From Patescibacteria group bacterium (GTDB taxonomy: Bacteria; Patescibacteriota; Patescibacteriia; UBA2591; UBA6264), in the NCBI GenBank assembly GCA_028713575.1, contig JAQTOB010000002.1, forward strand, positions 1,371-65,370: 64,000 nt of DNA, given 5' to 3'. Of the stretch, positions 9,067 through 17,475 are shown in pieces (position 1 is the stretch's first letter; each line of letters starts with the position of its first letter). The notes beneath the pieces were generated by a model. The model made no database searches and was not told the DNA's origin. It was given only the letters and a program-made list of their open reading frames with translations. The translations under genes and the position numbers were made by a program.

Positions 9067-9525
9067 ATGAGTTATCTTGAAAATAGTTTAATAGATGACG
9101 AGCAATTAATTTATCGCGCCAGGTTACATTGGATAATTTTTCTTTTGCCTGCTGTATTTTCTTTGATTGTTTTTATGCTTTTTATTACCGATGACATTTC
9201 TAACAATGAAACATCTTTACTTTTTGCAGTTATTGTTTTGTGGCTATATTCTTTTATTTATTTTAAGACCTCGGAATTCGGGATAACAAACAAAAGAGTA
9301 CTGTTTAAAACGGGTTTTATTAGGAGAAATTCTTTAGAATTTTTTTTAACTCAAGTGGAAGCAATTGAAATCAATCAAGGAATTTTTGGCCGTTTGTTAA
9401 ATTATGGCGCAGTTATTGTCAAAGGAAGCGGTGGCAGTGCTAATTCTTTTTTTAGAATTGACAATCCTTTAGAATTTAGAAAAAAGACTCAAGAACAAAT
9501 TATTTTGTCTCAAGAGAAAAAATAA
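9067..9525 (+). CDS. bacterial PH-domain (bPH_2, YdbS/YdbT-like) membrane protein
   Basis: Two N-terminal TM helices followed by KRVLFKTGFIRRNSLEFFLTQVEAIEINQGIFGRLLNYGAVIVKGSGGS, typical of DUF304/bPH_2. Confidence 0.5.
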   Translation: MSYLENSLIDDEQLIYRARLHWIIFLLPAVFSLIVFMLFITDDISNNETSLLFAVIVLWLYSFIYFKTSEFGITNKRVLFKTGFIRRNSLEFFLTQVEAIEINQGIFGRLLNYGAVIVKGSGGSANSFFRIDNPLEFRKKTQEQIILSQEKK

Positions 9526-9539
9526 AAAAGATTTTAAAA

Positions 9540-9566
9540 GTTTGGGAACTTAGTTCCCAAGCTTTG
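9540..9566 (+). terminator. putative terminator hairpin, second copy of the gtttgggaacttagttcccaa motif
   Basis: Near-identical to the 1956-1984 hairpin, with a weaker T-run downstream. Confidence 0.4.
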
Positions 9567-9604
9567 TTATTATCAAACAAGTAAAATTTTAGTATAATAA
9601 AGAC

Positions 9605-10741
9605 ATGACCAAAGAAAAAATAAAAAGTATTATTTATGCTATTTCTGTTTTATCTGGAACAATTATCGGCGTGGCCTTGTTTTCGCTTCCATATTTAACT
9701 TTGCAAGTCGGCTGGTTAACCATGCTTTTGTATTTTATTATTCTCGGCGGTTTGATAGTTTTATTGCACGTTTTATTTGGCGAATTAGTGTTGCAAACTC
9801 CGGACCAAAAAAGATTTCCCGGCATTGCCGAATATTATTGGGGAAAGAGGGGAAAATATTTAACATTAACCACTCATTTAATTTGTTTGGTTTGTACGAT
9901 TCTCGCCTATATCCTTGTGGGTGGCGGATTTTTATATGAGTTATTATCAATTATAATTCCTAATATTTCCTTACCCTTGGCTATTTTGATTTTTTGGGCC
10001 TTGGGCGCTTTAATTATATTTTTGGGATCGTCTGCCCTTAATAAAATTCAGCTTGTTGGCATAATCAGCTTTATTTTTGTTATGTTGGGCTTGGCCTGGC
10101 TGGGAAGAGCAGAGATCTCAATGGCTAATGTTTTTGCTCGTAACGGAGATAATATAAATTGGTTTATGCCCTATGGCATTTTAATTTTTGCTTTATGGGG
10201 GATGACTTTAATTCCCCAGATAGAAGACATTTTAGGGAAAAACAAGCAGTATATGACCCGTGTTGTTATAGCTTCAATAATCCTGCCTATTATTGTTTAT
10301 ATTCTTTTTACGGCCCTTGTCTTAGGTATCAGCGGAACAGGAACCGAACCTTTAGCTTTAACCAGTTTAAGTAATCAATTGGGAAAAGGCGCTTATTCTT
10401 TAATTTTGTTTTTCGGGCTAATTACCACCTTCACTTCTTTTATCGCCATTGGCTTGATTATGGCGCAAGTTTTTGAATTTGACCTTAAGATTAGAAAAAT
10501 AAAATCTTGGACAATGACCGTTTCTTTGCCTCTATTGCTTTATTTTGCCGGTATTAAGAATTTTTTAGAATTGATTATTTTTCTTGGCGCTGTTTTACTG
10601 GCGATTGACGGAATAAACATGCTTTTAATGTATCGCCATGGTTTGCCGCAAGCCAAGCTTTGGAAACGTTTTGCAAGCCTTATTCTAATTATTATGCTTA
10701 TGGGCGGGATTGTTTATGAAATTGCCTCTTTAATAAACTGA
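9605..10741 (+). CDS. aromatic amino acid (Trp/Tyr) permease family (HAAAP) transporter
   Basis: 11-TM protein whose N-terminus IYAISVLSGTIIGVALFSLPYL resembles the Mtr/TnaB/TyrP signature. It is a paralogue of 30927-32069. Confidence 0.55.
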   Translation: MTKEKIKSIIYAISVLSGTIIGVALFSLPYLTLQVGWLTMLLYFIILGGLIVLLHVLFGELVLQTPDQKRFPGIAEYYWGKRGKYLTLTTHLICLVCTILAYILVGGGFLYELLSIIIPNISLPLAILIFWALGALIIFLGSSALNKIQLVGIISFIFVMLGLAWLGRAEISMANVFARNGDNINWFMPYGILIFALWGMTLIPQIEDILGKNKQYMTRVVIASIILPIIVYILFTALVLGISGTGTEPLALTSLSNQLGKGAYSLILFFGLITTFTSFIAIGLIMAQVFEFDLKIRKIKSWTMTVSLPLLLYFAGIKNFLELIIFLGAVLLAIDGINMLLMYRHGLPQAKLWKRFASLILIIMLMGGIVYEIASLIN

Positions 10742-10748
10742 ACAAATA

Positions 10749-10777
10749 TTGACAAAACATAATTTTTTTGTTATAAT
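10749..10777 (+). promoter_or_regulatory. consensus sigma70-type promoter
   Basis: TTGACA (10749-10754), 17-nt spacer, TATAAT (10772-10777). A strong RBS AAGGAGG precedes the ATG at 10828. Confidence 0.5.
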
Positions 10778-10827
10778 CTAAATATTAAAGATTAGAAATT
10801 CATTAAAAATTAAAAAAGGAGGACACT

Positions 10828-11040
10828 ATGATTATTGTCCTTAAAAAAATGAATATTGCCATTTCGATGAAAAGGTGGGAGGCAATATTCTGGGGGACTA
10901 TAGGGTTCGCCGTTGGAGGATTTCTCTCAGCGTTCTTTATCTTCCCCGTCCCTGTATTAGAGATTATTGTGAAAATCACTTTGATTTTTGCAATAATAGG
11001 AGGCGTTGTAATTTTCTATAGAACTCGCCACTCTAGTTAA
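10828..11040 (+). CDS. small hypothetical membrane protein (70 aa)
   Basis: Strong SD, two hydrophobic helices and a consensus promoter upstream. Confidence 0.4.
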   Translation: MIIVLKKMNIAISMKRWEAIFWGTIGFAVGGFLSAFFIFPVPVLEIIVKITLIFAIIGGVVIFYRTRHSS

Positions 11041-11057
11041 GGCCACAATGAAATTTT

Positions 11058-11090
11058 AAATAGGGCCCCCAAATAGGACCCTATTTTTTG
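11058..11090 (+). terminator. putative intrinsic terminator
   Basis: Stem aaataggg/ccctattt with a 13-nt loop, then TTTTTT. Confidence 0.4.
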
Positions 11091-11096
11091 AAACAA

Positions 11097-11268
11097 AGTT
11101 AAAGCCCTGTTTGATAACAGGGCTTTGTAGATAGATACGCCGAGTGTTCAGGAAGAGAGCGGCAATAATACTCTTCCTGATTTATTGGCCGGGAGGAAAC
11201 GGCCCAAAGACACCCGGCGTTTAATTTTGGGAGACATTTATTAGGGATAAGAACTAATAAATGCCCCC
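11097..11268. ncRNA. candidate structured small RNA of unknown class (strand undetermined)
   Basis: An 11-bp perfect hairpin sits at 11101-11126. A three-stem junction spans 11138-11220: outer stem acgccg/cggcgt, inner hairpins caggaagag…ctcttcctg and ggccg-ggaggaaa-cggcc. A hairpin gggagacatttattag…ctaataaatgcccc (11230-11268) is followed by a U-rich tract. There is no ORF, and the downstream cdd promoter lies beyond it at 11357. Confidence 0.3.
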
Positions 11269-11356
11269 TTCTATTTTATATAAACTCCTTTATATTTAAA
11301 AATTAAACTTAAATTAAAATTATTATAACACATTTTTTTAAAAAAGCAAGACCTTG

Positions 11357-11385
11357 TTGAAAAATAAATAAAAATACTATATAAT
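11357..11385 (+). promoter_or_regulatory. consensus sigma70-type promoter for cdd
   Basis: TTGAAA (11357-11362), 17-nt spacer, TATAAT (11380-11385). Confidence 0.5.
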
Positions 11386-11404
11386 ATGATAATAGAATTT
11401 TAAA

Positions 11405-11863
11405 ATGAAAAACATAAAATTTAAAGATTTAAAAAGAAAATATCAACTGCTTTTAAATGAGGCAGAAAAGGCCGCCTCTAAGGCGTACGCGCCATATAGC
11501 CGTTTTCAAGTAGGTGCTGCTTTGCTTACGCAAAAAGGGCTGATAATCGGCGGGGCGAATGTGGAAAATGCGAGCTATGGTCTATGTATTTGCGCCGAGA
11601 GGGCGGCTTTAATTAACGCCAATACTCAAGGAGAGCGTCGTTTTAAAGCGTTGGCGATGATTGCTCGGGGCGGAGCGGATGGTAAAAAAATAATTAGCCC
11701 CTGTGGCGCTTGTCGTCAAATGTTGTTTGAATTTTCCGAGAATTCTGGAATTGACCTTGAAATACTGATGTCAAATTTTAATAAAAGTAAAATCGTTATT
11801 GCCAAAATCTCCGAGTTATTGCCCTTGGCTTACGGACCAAATGATTTAGGTATTAAGATTTGA
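11405..11863 (+). CDS. cdd: cytidine deaminase
   Basis: Zinc motifs C[IV]CAE (GLCICAERAA) and PCGACRQ, with small tetrameric-type length. Confidence 0.85.
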   Translation: MKNIKFKDLKRKYQLLLNEAEKAASKAYAPYSRFQVGAALLTQKGLIIGGANVENASYGLCICAERAALINANTQGERRFKALAMIARGGADGKKIISPCGACRQMLFEFSENSGIDLEILMSNFNKSKIVIAKISELLPLAYGPNDLGIKI

Positions 11864-12672
11864 TTTCCATGATTGATACGCATGCGCATTTAAATTTTGA
11901 AGATTTTAAAGACGATTACCAAGAGGTCATTAAAGATAATTTTAAAAATGGTTTAATGGCGCTTATTAATGTCGGCTCAAACTTGGAGACCAGTCAGAAG
12001 GCGATAAAGATTACTAAAGAATTTACAGGTTGTTATGCCGCCTTAGGTTTGCACCCCATTCACGTTGAGGACGAAGAATTTAATGAAGAAAAATACAAGG
12101 AATTGATTGAAAAGAATAAGGAAAAAGTCAAAGCCATTGGGGAAACTGGTCTTGATTTTTATCATTCACAAAACAACAAGGAAAAACAAAGATCCTTATT
12201 TTTGAAACATATTTCCCTAGCTAACTTGTCTGATTTGCCGATTATTATTCATTCCCGAGGAAGCAAAGGAAATCCAAGAGATGCTTATTTGGAGTTATTA
12301 GAAATTATTAAAGGGCTGCCAACCTCACGCTCAAGTGCGGTTAGGGGAGTGATTCATTGTTTTTCCGCCAATAGGGAGATTGTCCAGGAATTTTTAAAAC
12401 TTGGTTTTTACGTGGGCTTTGACGGGCCTATTACTTTTAAAAATGCCGACCCATTGGTCTTGGAAGCGGTAAAAGAAACACCCCTAAACAAGATTTTACT
12501 AGAAACCGATTCTCCCTACTTGACTCCGGAACCATACCGTGGTCAGAGAAATCAACCGGTTTATATTCGCTTCGTTGCTCAAAAAATTGCGGAATTGAAA
12601 AATATTTCCCTTGAAGAAGTAATCAGCCAAACAACTAAAAATGCGCAGAAATTGTTTGACATAAAATTATGA
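11860..12672 (+). CDS. tatD: TatD family metal-dependent hydrolase/DNase
   Basis: N-terminal IDTHAHL and the conserved TatD layout. It overlaps cdd by 4 nt. Confidence 0.85.
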   Translation: MISMIDTHAHLNFEDFKDDYQEVIKDNFKNGLMALINVGSNLETSQKAIKITKEFTGCYAALGLHPIHVEDEEFNEEKYKELIEKNKEKVKAIGETGLDFYHSQNNKEKQRSLFLKHISLANLSDLPIIIHSRGSKGNPRDAYLELLEIIKGLPTSRSSAVRGVIHCFSANREIVQEFLKLGFYVGFDGPITFKNADPLVLEAVKETPLNKILLETDSPYLTPEPYRGQRNQPVYIRFVAQKIAELKNISLEEVISQTTKNAQKLFDIKL

Positions 12673-12910
12673 TCTGCGGACTTGTCTTCGGCTCGTTGAC
12701 ATTTGTTTCCTTGATTTTACATCATGGGACACATCTTTCCGGCTGGTTTTACGTCGGCAACATGGGGACATGTTTAATCTTCGCCCTTAATCAGAACGAG
12801 GCTTTTTCAACGGACGATGATTGTTAAATTATTTATTAAAAGCCCGATATTTATAATATCAGGCTTTAACTATACAGGGTTCGACAAATAATGCGTTCTG
12901 TGTTAAAATA

Positions 12911-15877
12911 TTGCTTATGGCGGAAAATGATTCATTAAGTAAAATTTTAAAAGGATTAAATCCCGAGCAAAAAAAGGCAGTCTGTCACGGTCCTGGTCCT
13001 TTGATGATTGTTGCTGGCGCCGGCACGGGTAAAACTACGGTTATCACCAGAAGAATCGCTTGGCTTGTCTTGAGCGGCCTGGCGAAGACCGATGAAATTT
13101 TGGCTTTAACCTTTACGGAAAAAGCGGCCCAAGAAATGGAAGAAAGGGCAGACAAGCTTCTTCCTTACGGATACGTGGATTTATGGATTTCCACCTTTCA
13201 TTCTTTTTGCGAAAGAATTTTACAAGAGCATGCCTTAGATATAGGTTTGCCTTTAAATTTTAAACTGCTTAATGAGGCTCAGCAGTGTTTTTTAATTCAA
13301 GAGAATTTTAATCAATTTAATCTTGATTATTATCGGCCTTTGGGCAATCCGACCAGATTTATCCAAAGCCTGGTTAAACATTTTTCTCGAGCTAAAGATG
13401 AATTAATTAGCCCGGAAGATTATTTGGAATATGTAGAAAATTTAAAGACGAATGAAGACATGACTATGTCCGGTGGACAATTAACCCAAGAAATCAGTCG
13501 TTTAAAAGAATTGGCTGAAGCTTATCATGTTTATCAACAATTACTTTTAAAGAACAATGCTTTGGATTTTGGAGATTTAATCAATTATACCCTGCGTCTT
13601 TTTGAAAAAAGACCGCAGATTTTGGAAAAATATAAAAACCAGTTCAAATATATTTTAGTGGATGAATTTCAGGATACCAATTGGGCCCAGTATAAATTAT
13701 TACAAACACTAACCAAAGCCAATGATAATCTAACCGTGGTACTTGATGATGACCAAGCAATCTATTTATGGCGCGGCGCTTCATACAACAATGCTTTGCA
13801 GTTTAAAAAAGATTATCCAAAAGCTAAGCAAATAGTTTTGGTGAGCAATTACCGTTCTTGTCAGAATATTTTAGATTTAGCGTATAATTTTATTCAACAG
13901 AACAATCCGGAAAGGTTGGAAGCGCAAGAGAAAGAAATGGTTAAAAAACTCAAAGCTAAAAATCAAGGTGAAGGAGAAATCGTTCATTGGCGCGTTAAAG
14001 ATCAAGAAGAAGAAGCCAGGATTGTGGTGGAGAAAATAATTGATTTGAAAAAAAGAGACCAGGAAGCGAGCTGGAATGATTTTGCCGTTTTAGTTCGGGC
14101 AAATAGTCAAGCGGAGATTTTTGTTCAAGCTTTAAATATGGCTAATGTTCCTCATCAATTTTTAGCCCGGTCGGGCCTATTTTCCAAGTCAATAATTTTG
14201 GACATTCTTTCTTACTTGAAATTGCTTGACAATTATCACGAAAGTCCGGCAATTTATCGCGTACTTATTTCCCCGATTTTTCAAAATAAAATTAAGGGCG
14301 AGGATTTAGCGAATTTAACGAATTTTGCTTATAAGAAGTCCTGGTCGCTTTACGAAGCAATGCAAAAAGCCAGCATTATTCCTAAACTTTCTTCATCAAC
14401 CATTGGACAATTAAATATTTTTTTATCTTTAATTCAAAAACATACAGAATTGTCTAAAAGCGAAAATGTTAGTAAAGTAATCTACGCTTTCTTAGAAGAT
14501 TCCGGATATTTAAAAATTTTAGCCAAGCAAGAAGATAGAAGCGAGAAAAAAAATAGAGAAAAGGTTTTTTGGTTAAATCAGTTCTTTAAAAAAGTGGAAA
14601 ATTTTGAAGCAGTTAATTTTGATAAATCAATTAATAATTTTAATCGGATGATGGACTTAATGATCAGTACCGGTGATACGGGCAGCATGGATTCTGGATT
14701 AGAAGAAGGACCAGAGGCGGTTAAAGTGAGCACAGTACATAGCATCAAAGGATTGGAATTTAAATATGTTTTTATCGTTAATCTGGTTGATAAAAGATTC
14801 CCGACCATTGAACGCCATGAAGCCATTGAATTACCTAAAGAATTAATCAAAGAAATTATCCCTCAAGGAGATATTCATTTGCAAGAAGAAAGAAGGCTTT
14901 TTTATGTAGCTTTAACCCGAGCTAAATATGGCTTATATTTGACTTCAGCCGAGGATTATGGAGGAAAAACCGTAAAAAAACCATCAAGATTTTTATATGA
15001 GATTAGTTTAATTAATGAAAAAGAAACAGAAAAGAGAAATAAAAAAGAGATTTTAGCCAAGCCATTAGATGAATTTCAAAAAGAAAAGCCAACGGTTTTG
15101 CCGGCGCGATTTAGTTTTTCTCAGTTAATCGCTTTTGATACTTGTCCTCTGCAATATAAATTTGCTTTTATTTTAAACATTCCCCGGAAAGGAAGATATG
15201 TTTTTAGTTTTGGCAAGAGCTTACACAAGACTCTTTATCAATTTTCTCAGATTTGGCGGGAAAACCAAAAAACAAAACAAAAAAATTTATTTGACAAAAA
15301 AACGGGAAAAGAAAAAATTTTGCCATTTGAATATTTATTGAAAATTTATGAACAATGCTGGATTGACGAATGGTATCAAAACAAAGAACACCAAGAAAAA
15401 TACAAAGAAAAAGGAAAACAAGTTTTAAAAATGTTTTATGAAGATTTATTTAATACCAATCCCAAGATAAGATATTTGGAGAAAGAATTTAATTTTAAAA
15501 TAGGGGGATATATTATAAAGGGTTTTATTGATCGCGTAGACGAAAATAACGGCGGATTGGAAATTATTGATTATAAAACCGGACAGGGGGGAAGTAAAAA
15601 TCTTGATTTGGAAAAGAAACAACAACTTTATATTTATCAATTGGCGGCGCAAAAACTGCCAACAGCTTTTAATAAGCCAATTCAACAACTTACTTTTTAT
15701 TATTTAGAAACAGGAGAAAAAGTTTCTTTTTTGGGGAAAGAAGAAGATTTAAAAAAAATTGAAGAGAAAATAATTAAAACTATTAATAAAATAAAACAGG
15801 GAGATTTTTCTCCTCGGCCCAGCCGACTTTGTCGTTTCTGCGACTTTTTCCCCATTTGCCAGTATCGTCAGGAATAA
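12911..15877 (+). CDS. UvrD/PcrA/AddA-family ATP-dependent DNA helicase fused to a C-terminal PD-(D/E)xK nuclease with a Cys cluster
   Basis: Walker A GAGTGKT and UvrD-type helicase motifs sit in the N-terminal two-thirds. The C-terminal end CPLQY…DRVD…IIDYKTG…CRFCDFFPICQ is RecB/AddB-type nuclease-like with an Fe-S-type cysteine cluster. The likely start is ATG at 12917. Confidence 0.8.
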   Translation: MLMAENDSLSKILKGLNPEQKKAVCHGPGPLMIVAGAGTGKTTVITRRIAWLVLSGLAKTDEILALTFTEKAAQEMEERADKLLPYGYVDLWISTFHSFCERILQEHALDIGLPLNFKLLNEAQQCFLIQENFNQFNLDYYRPLGNPTRFIQSLVKHFSRAKDELISPEDYLEYVENLKTNEDMTMSGGQLTQEISRLKELAEAYHVYQQLLLKNNALDFGDLINYTLRLFEKRPQILEKYKNQFKYILVDEFQDTNWAQYKLLQTLTKANDNLTVVLDDDQAIYLWRGASYNNALQFKKDYPKAKQIVLVSNYRSCQNILDLAYNFIQQNNPERLEAQEKEMVKKLKAKNQGEGEIVHWRVKDQEEEARIVVEKIIDLKKRDQEASWNDFAVLVRANSQAEIFVQALNMANVPHQFLARSGLFSKSIILDILSYLKLLDNYHESPAIYRVLISPIFQNKIKGEDLANLTNFAYKKSWSLYEAMQKASIIPKLSSSTIGQLNIFLSLIQKHTELSKSENVSKVIYAFLEDSGYLKILAKQEDRSEKKNREKVFWLNQFFKKVENFEAVNFDKSINNFNRMMDLMISTGDTGSMDSGLEEGPEAVKVSTVHSIKGLEFKYVFIVNLVDKRFPTIERHEAIELPKELIKEIIPQGDIHLQEERRLFYVALTRAKYGLYLTSAEDYGGKTVKKPSRFLYEISLINEKETEKRNKKEILAKPLDEFQKEKPTVLPARFSFSQLIAFDTCPLQYKFAFILNIPRKGRYVFSFGKSLHKTLYQFSQIWRENQKTKQKNLFDKKTGKEKILPFEYLLKIYEQCWIDEWYQNKEHQEKYKEKGKQVLKMFYEDLFNTNPKIRYLEKEFNFKIGGYIIKGFIDRVDENNGGLEIIDYKTGQGGSKNLDLEKKQQLYIYQLAAQKLPTAFNKPIQQLTFYYLETGEKVSFLGKEEDLKKIEEKIIKTINKIKQGDFSPRPSRLCRFCDFFPICQYRQE

Positions 15878-15932
15878 GAACCTTGTCAATCAGTATTCAA
15901 ATGTTATAATGTTTTAATATTATTATAATTAC

Positions 15933-16029
15933 TACGAAATATAAAATCGTACGAAAACGAAAAAAATAAATTAATAATATAAGCATAAAATTAGATTTCG
16001 TATTTTCGTAATTTTTTCGCAATTTCGTA
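15933..16029. promoter_or_regulatory. array of heptamer repeats (TTTCGTA / TACGAAA) in inverted arrangement around an AT-rich spacer
   Basis: Three TACGAAA-type copies on the left at 15933-15961 face four TTTCG[T/C]A copies on the right (15996, 16004, 16015, 16023). The array lies upstream of ORF 16047 and pheST. Confidence 0.4.
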
Positions 16030-16046
16030 GGAAGAGCGAAGCGCTT

Positions 16047-16436
16047 ATGACTTTAAAAAAATATCTTAATCTAATGATGGTTTTGACCGCTATTTGCTGG
16101 CTGTCCTGGCTTGTGGTCTTGTTTTTTATTAATCCCGAAGAAACCGGTTTAATGGGGTTTATTTTATTTTATTTTAGCTTATTTTTGGCGATTTTGGGCA
16201 CGACTTCTATTTTGGGATTTATTATTCGCGCCCGCTTTAATCAAGGACCTGTTTTTAAACAAGTGGAAGTTTCTTTTCGTCAAGGGATTTGGCTTGGAAT
16301 GTTGGCTATTGGACTGTTGCTTTTAAAAGAAACAGAACTTTTGCGTTGGTGGAATGGAATTTTTCTTTTTTTGTTTTTAACTTTTTTAGAATTTTTCTTT
16401 TTATCTTCGCGTAAAAGATTTAAAGGTGCGGTATGA
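16047..16436 (+). CDS. hypothetical small membrane protein
   Basis: 129 aa with 3-4 TM helices. It overlaps the pheS start by 4 nt. Confidence 0.4.
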   Translation: MTLKKYLNLMMVLTAICWLSWLVVLFFINPEETGLMGFILFYFSLFLAILGTTSILGFIIRARFNQGPVFKQVEVSFRQGIWLGMLAIGLLLLKETELLRWWNGIFLFLFLTFLEFFFLSSRKRFKGAV

Positions 16437-17467
16437 TAGAAAAAATAAGACAATTAAAAGATAAGGCGATTCAGGAGATAAAGCAATCAAAAGGACCAAT
16501 AGAAATGGAAAAAATCTGGCGTAAGTATTTGGGTCGCCAAGGCGGAGAATTAACCAGGATTTTACGTGGCTTGAAGGATTTATCAATTAATGAACGGCCG
16601 AAAATCGGCAGTTTTGCCAATCAGACAAAAAAGGAAATAGAGGATTTTTTAAACGAGAAAAAACAAAATCAAGGAAATTTTTCAGAAAAGAACAAAGAAA
16701 ATTCTAATTATCTTTTACCCGGGAAGAAAATAGACTATGGACATCTTCATCCTTTGACGCAAATTCGCTATGAGATAGCGGACATTTTTTCTTCTTTAGG
16801 TTTTGAAATTTTAGAAGGACCAGAAGTAGAAACAGATTATTATAATTTTGAAGCTTTAAATATTCCGGCCGGCCATCCGGCTCGGGATATGTGGGACACT
16901 TTTTATCTTAAATCAGAAGAAAGAAAAAATAAAAATAAATGGTTGTTGCGAACTCATACTTCAACCATGCAGGTGAGGGTGATGGAAAAAAATAAGCCAC
17001 CGCTGAAAATCTGCGTTATTGGTCGATGTTTTCGTCATGAAGCCACAGACGCCTCACATGAACATACCCTTCATCAAGTGGAGGGATTTATTGTAGACAA
17101 AGAGATTACCGTGGCTAATTTAATTTATGTTTTAAAAAACTTTTTAAATGCTTTGTTCAACCGGGAAGTTAAAATCAGATTAAGGCCTAGTTATTTTCCT
17201 TTTACCGAGCCGAGTTTTGAGGTTGATTTTGCTTGTCTAAATTGCCAGGGTAAAGGATGTCCGGTTTGCAAACATACAGGCTGGGTGGAAATTTTAGGGT
17301 CAGGCATGATTCATCCTAAAGTTTTTCAATATGCCGGCTATCCCAAAGGAAAATATACTGGGTTTGCCTTTGGTATGGGCTTAGATAGGTTAGCCATGAT
17401 GAAATACCAGATAGACGACATCCGTTTATTCCATTCAGGTGATTTACGATTTATTAATCAATTCTAA
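16433..17467 (+). CDS. pheS: phenylalanine--tRNA ligase alpha subunit
   Basis: Class II motifs: …FRHEATDASHEH…GFAFGMGLDRLAMM. Confidence 0.9.
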   Translation: MIEKIRQLKDKAIQEIKQSKGPIEMEKIWRKYLGRQGGELTRILRGLKDLSINERPKIGSFANQTKKEIEDFLNEKKQNQGNFSEKNKENSNYLLPGKKIDYGHLHPLTQIRYEIADIFSSLGFEILEGPEVETDYYNFEALNIPAGHPARDMWDTFYLKSEERKNKNKWLLRTHTSTMQVRVMEKNKPPLKICVIGRCFRHEATDASHEHTLHQVEGFIVDKEITVANLIYVLKNFLNALFNREVKIRLRPSYFPFTEPSFEVDFACLNCQGKGCPVCKHTGWVEILGSGMIHPKVFQYAGYPKGKYTGFAFGMGLDRLAMMKYQIDDIRLFHSGDLRFINQF

Positions 17468-17475
17468 TTTCATTT

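Noticed and set aside
11138-11220. Three-stem junction interpreted as SRP RNA, RNase P RNA or tmRNA
   Set aside because: It lacks the conserved SRP domain IV sequence and long terminal helix, the RNase P P4 and CR-I/CR-V motifs, and a tRNA-like end. It is kept only as an unclassified ncRNA candidate.
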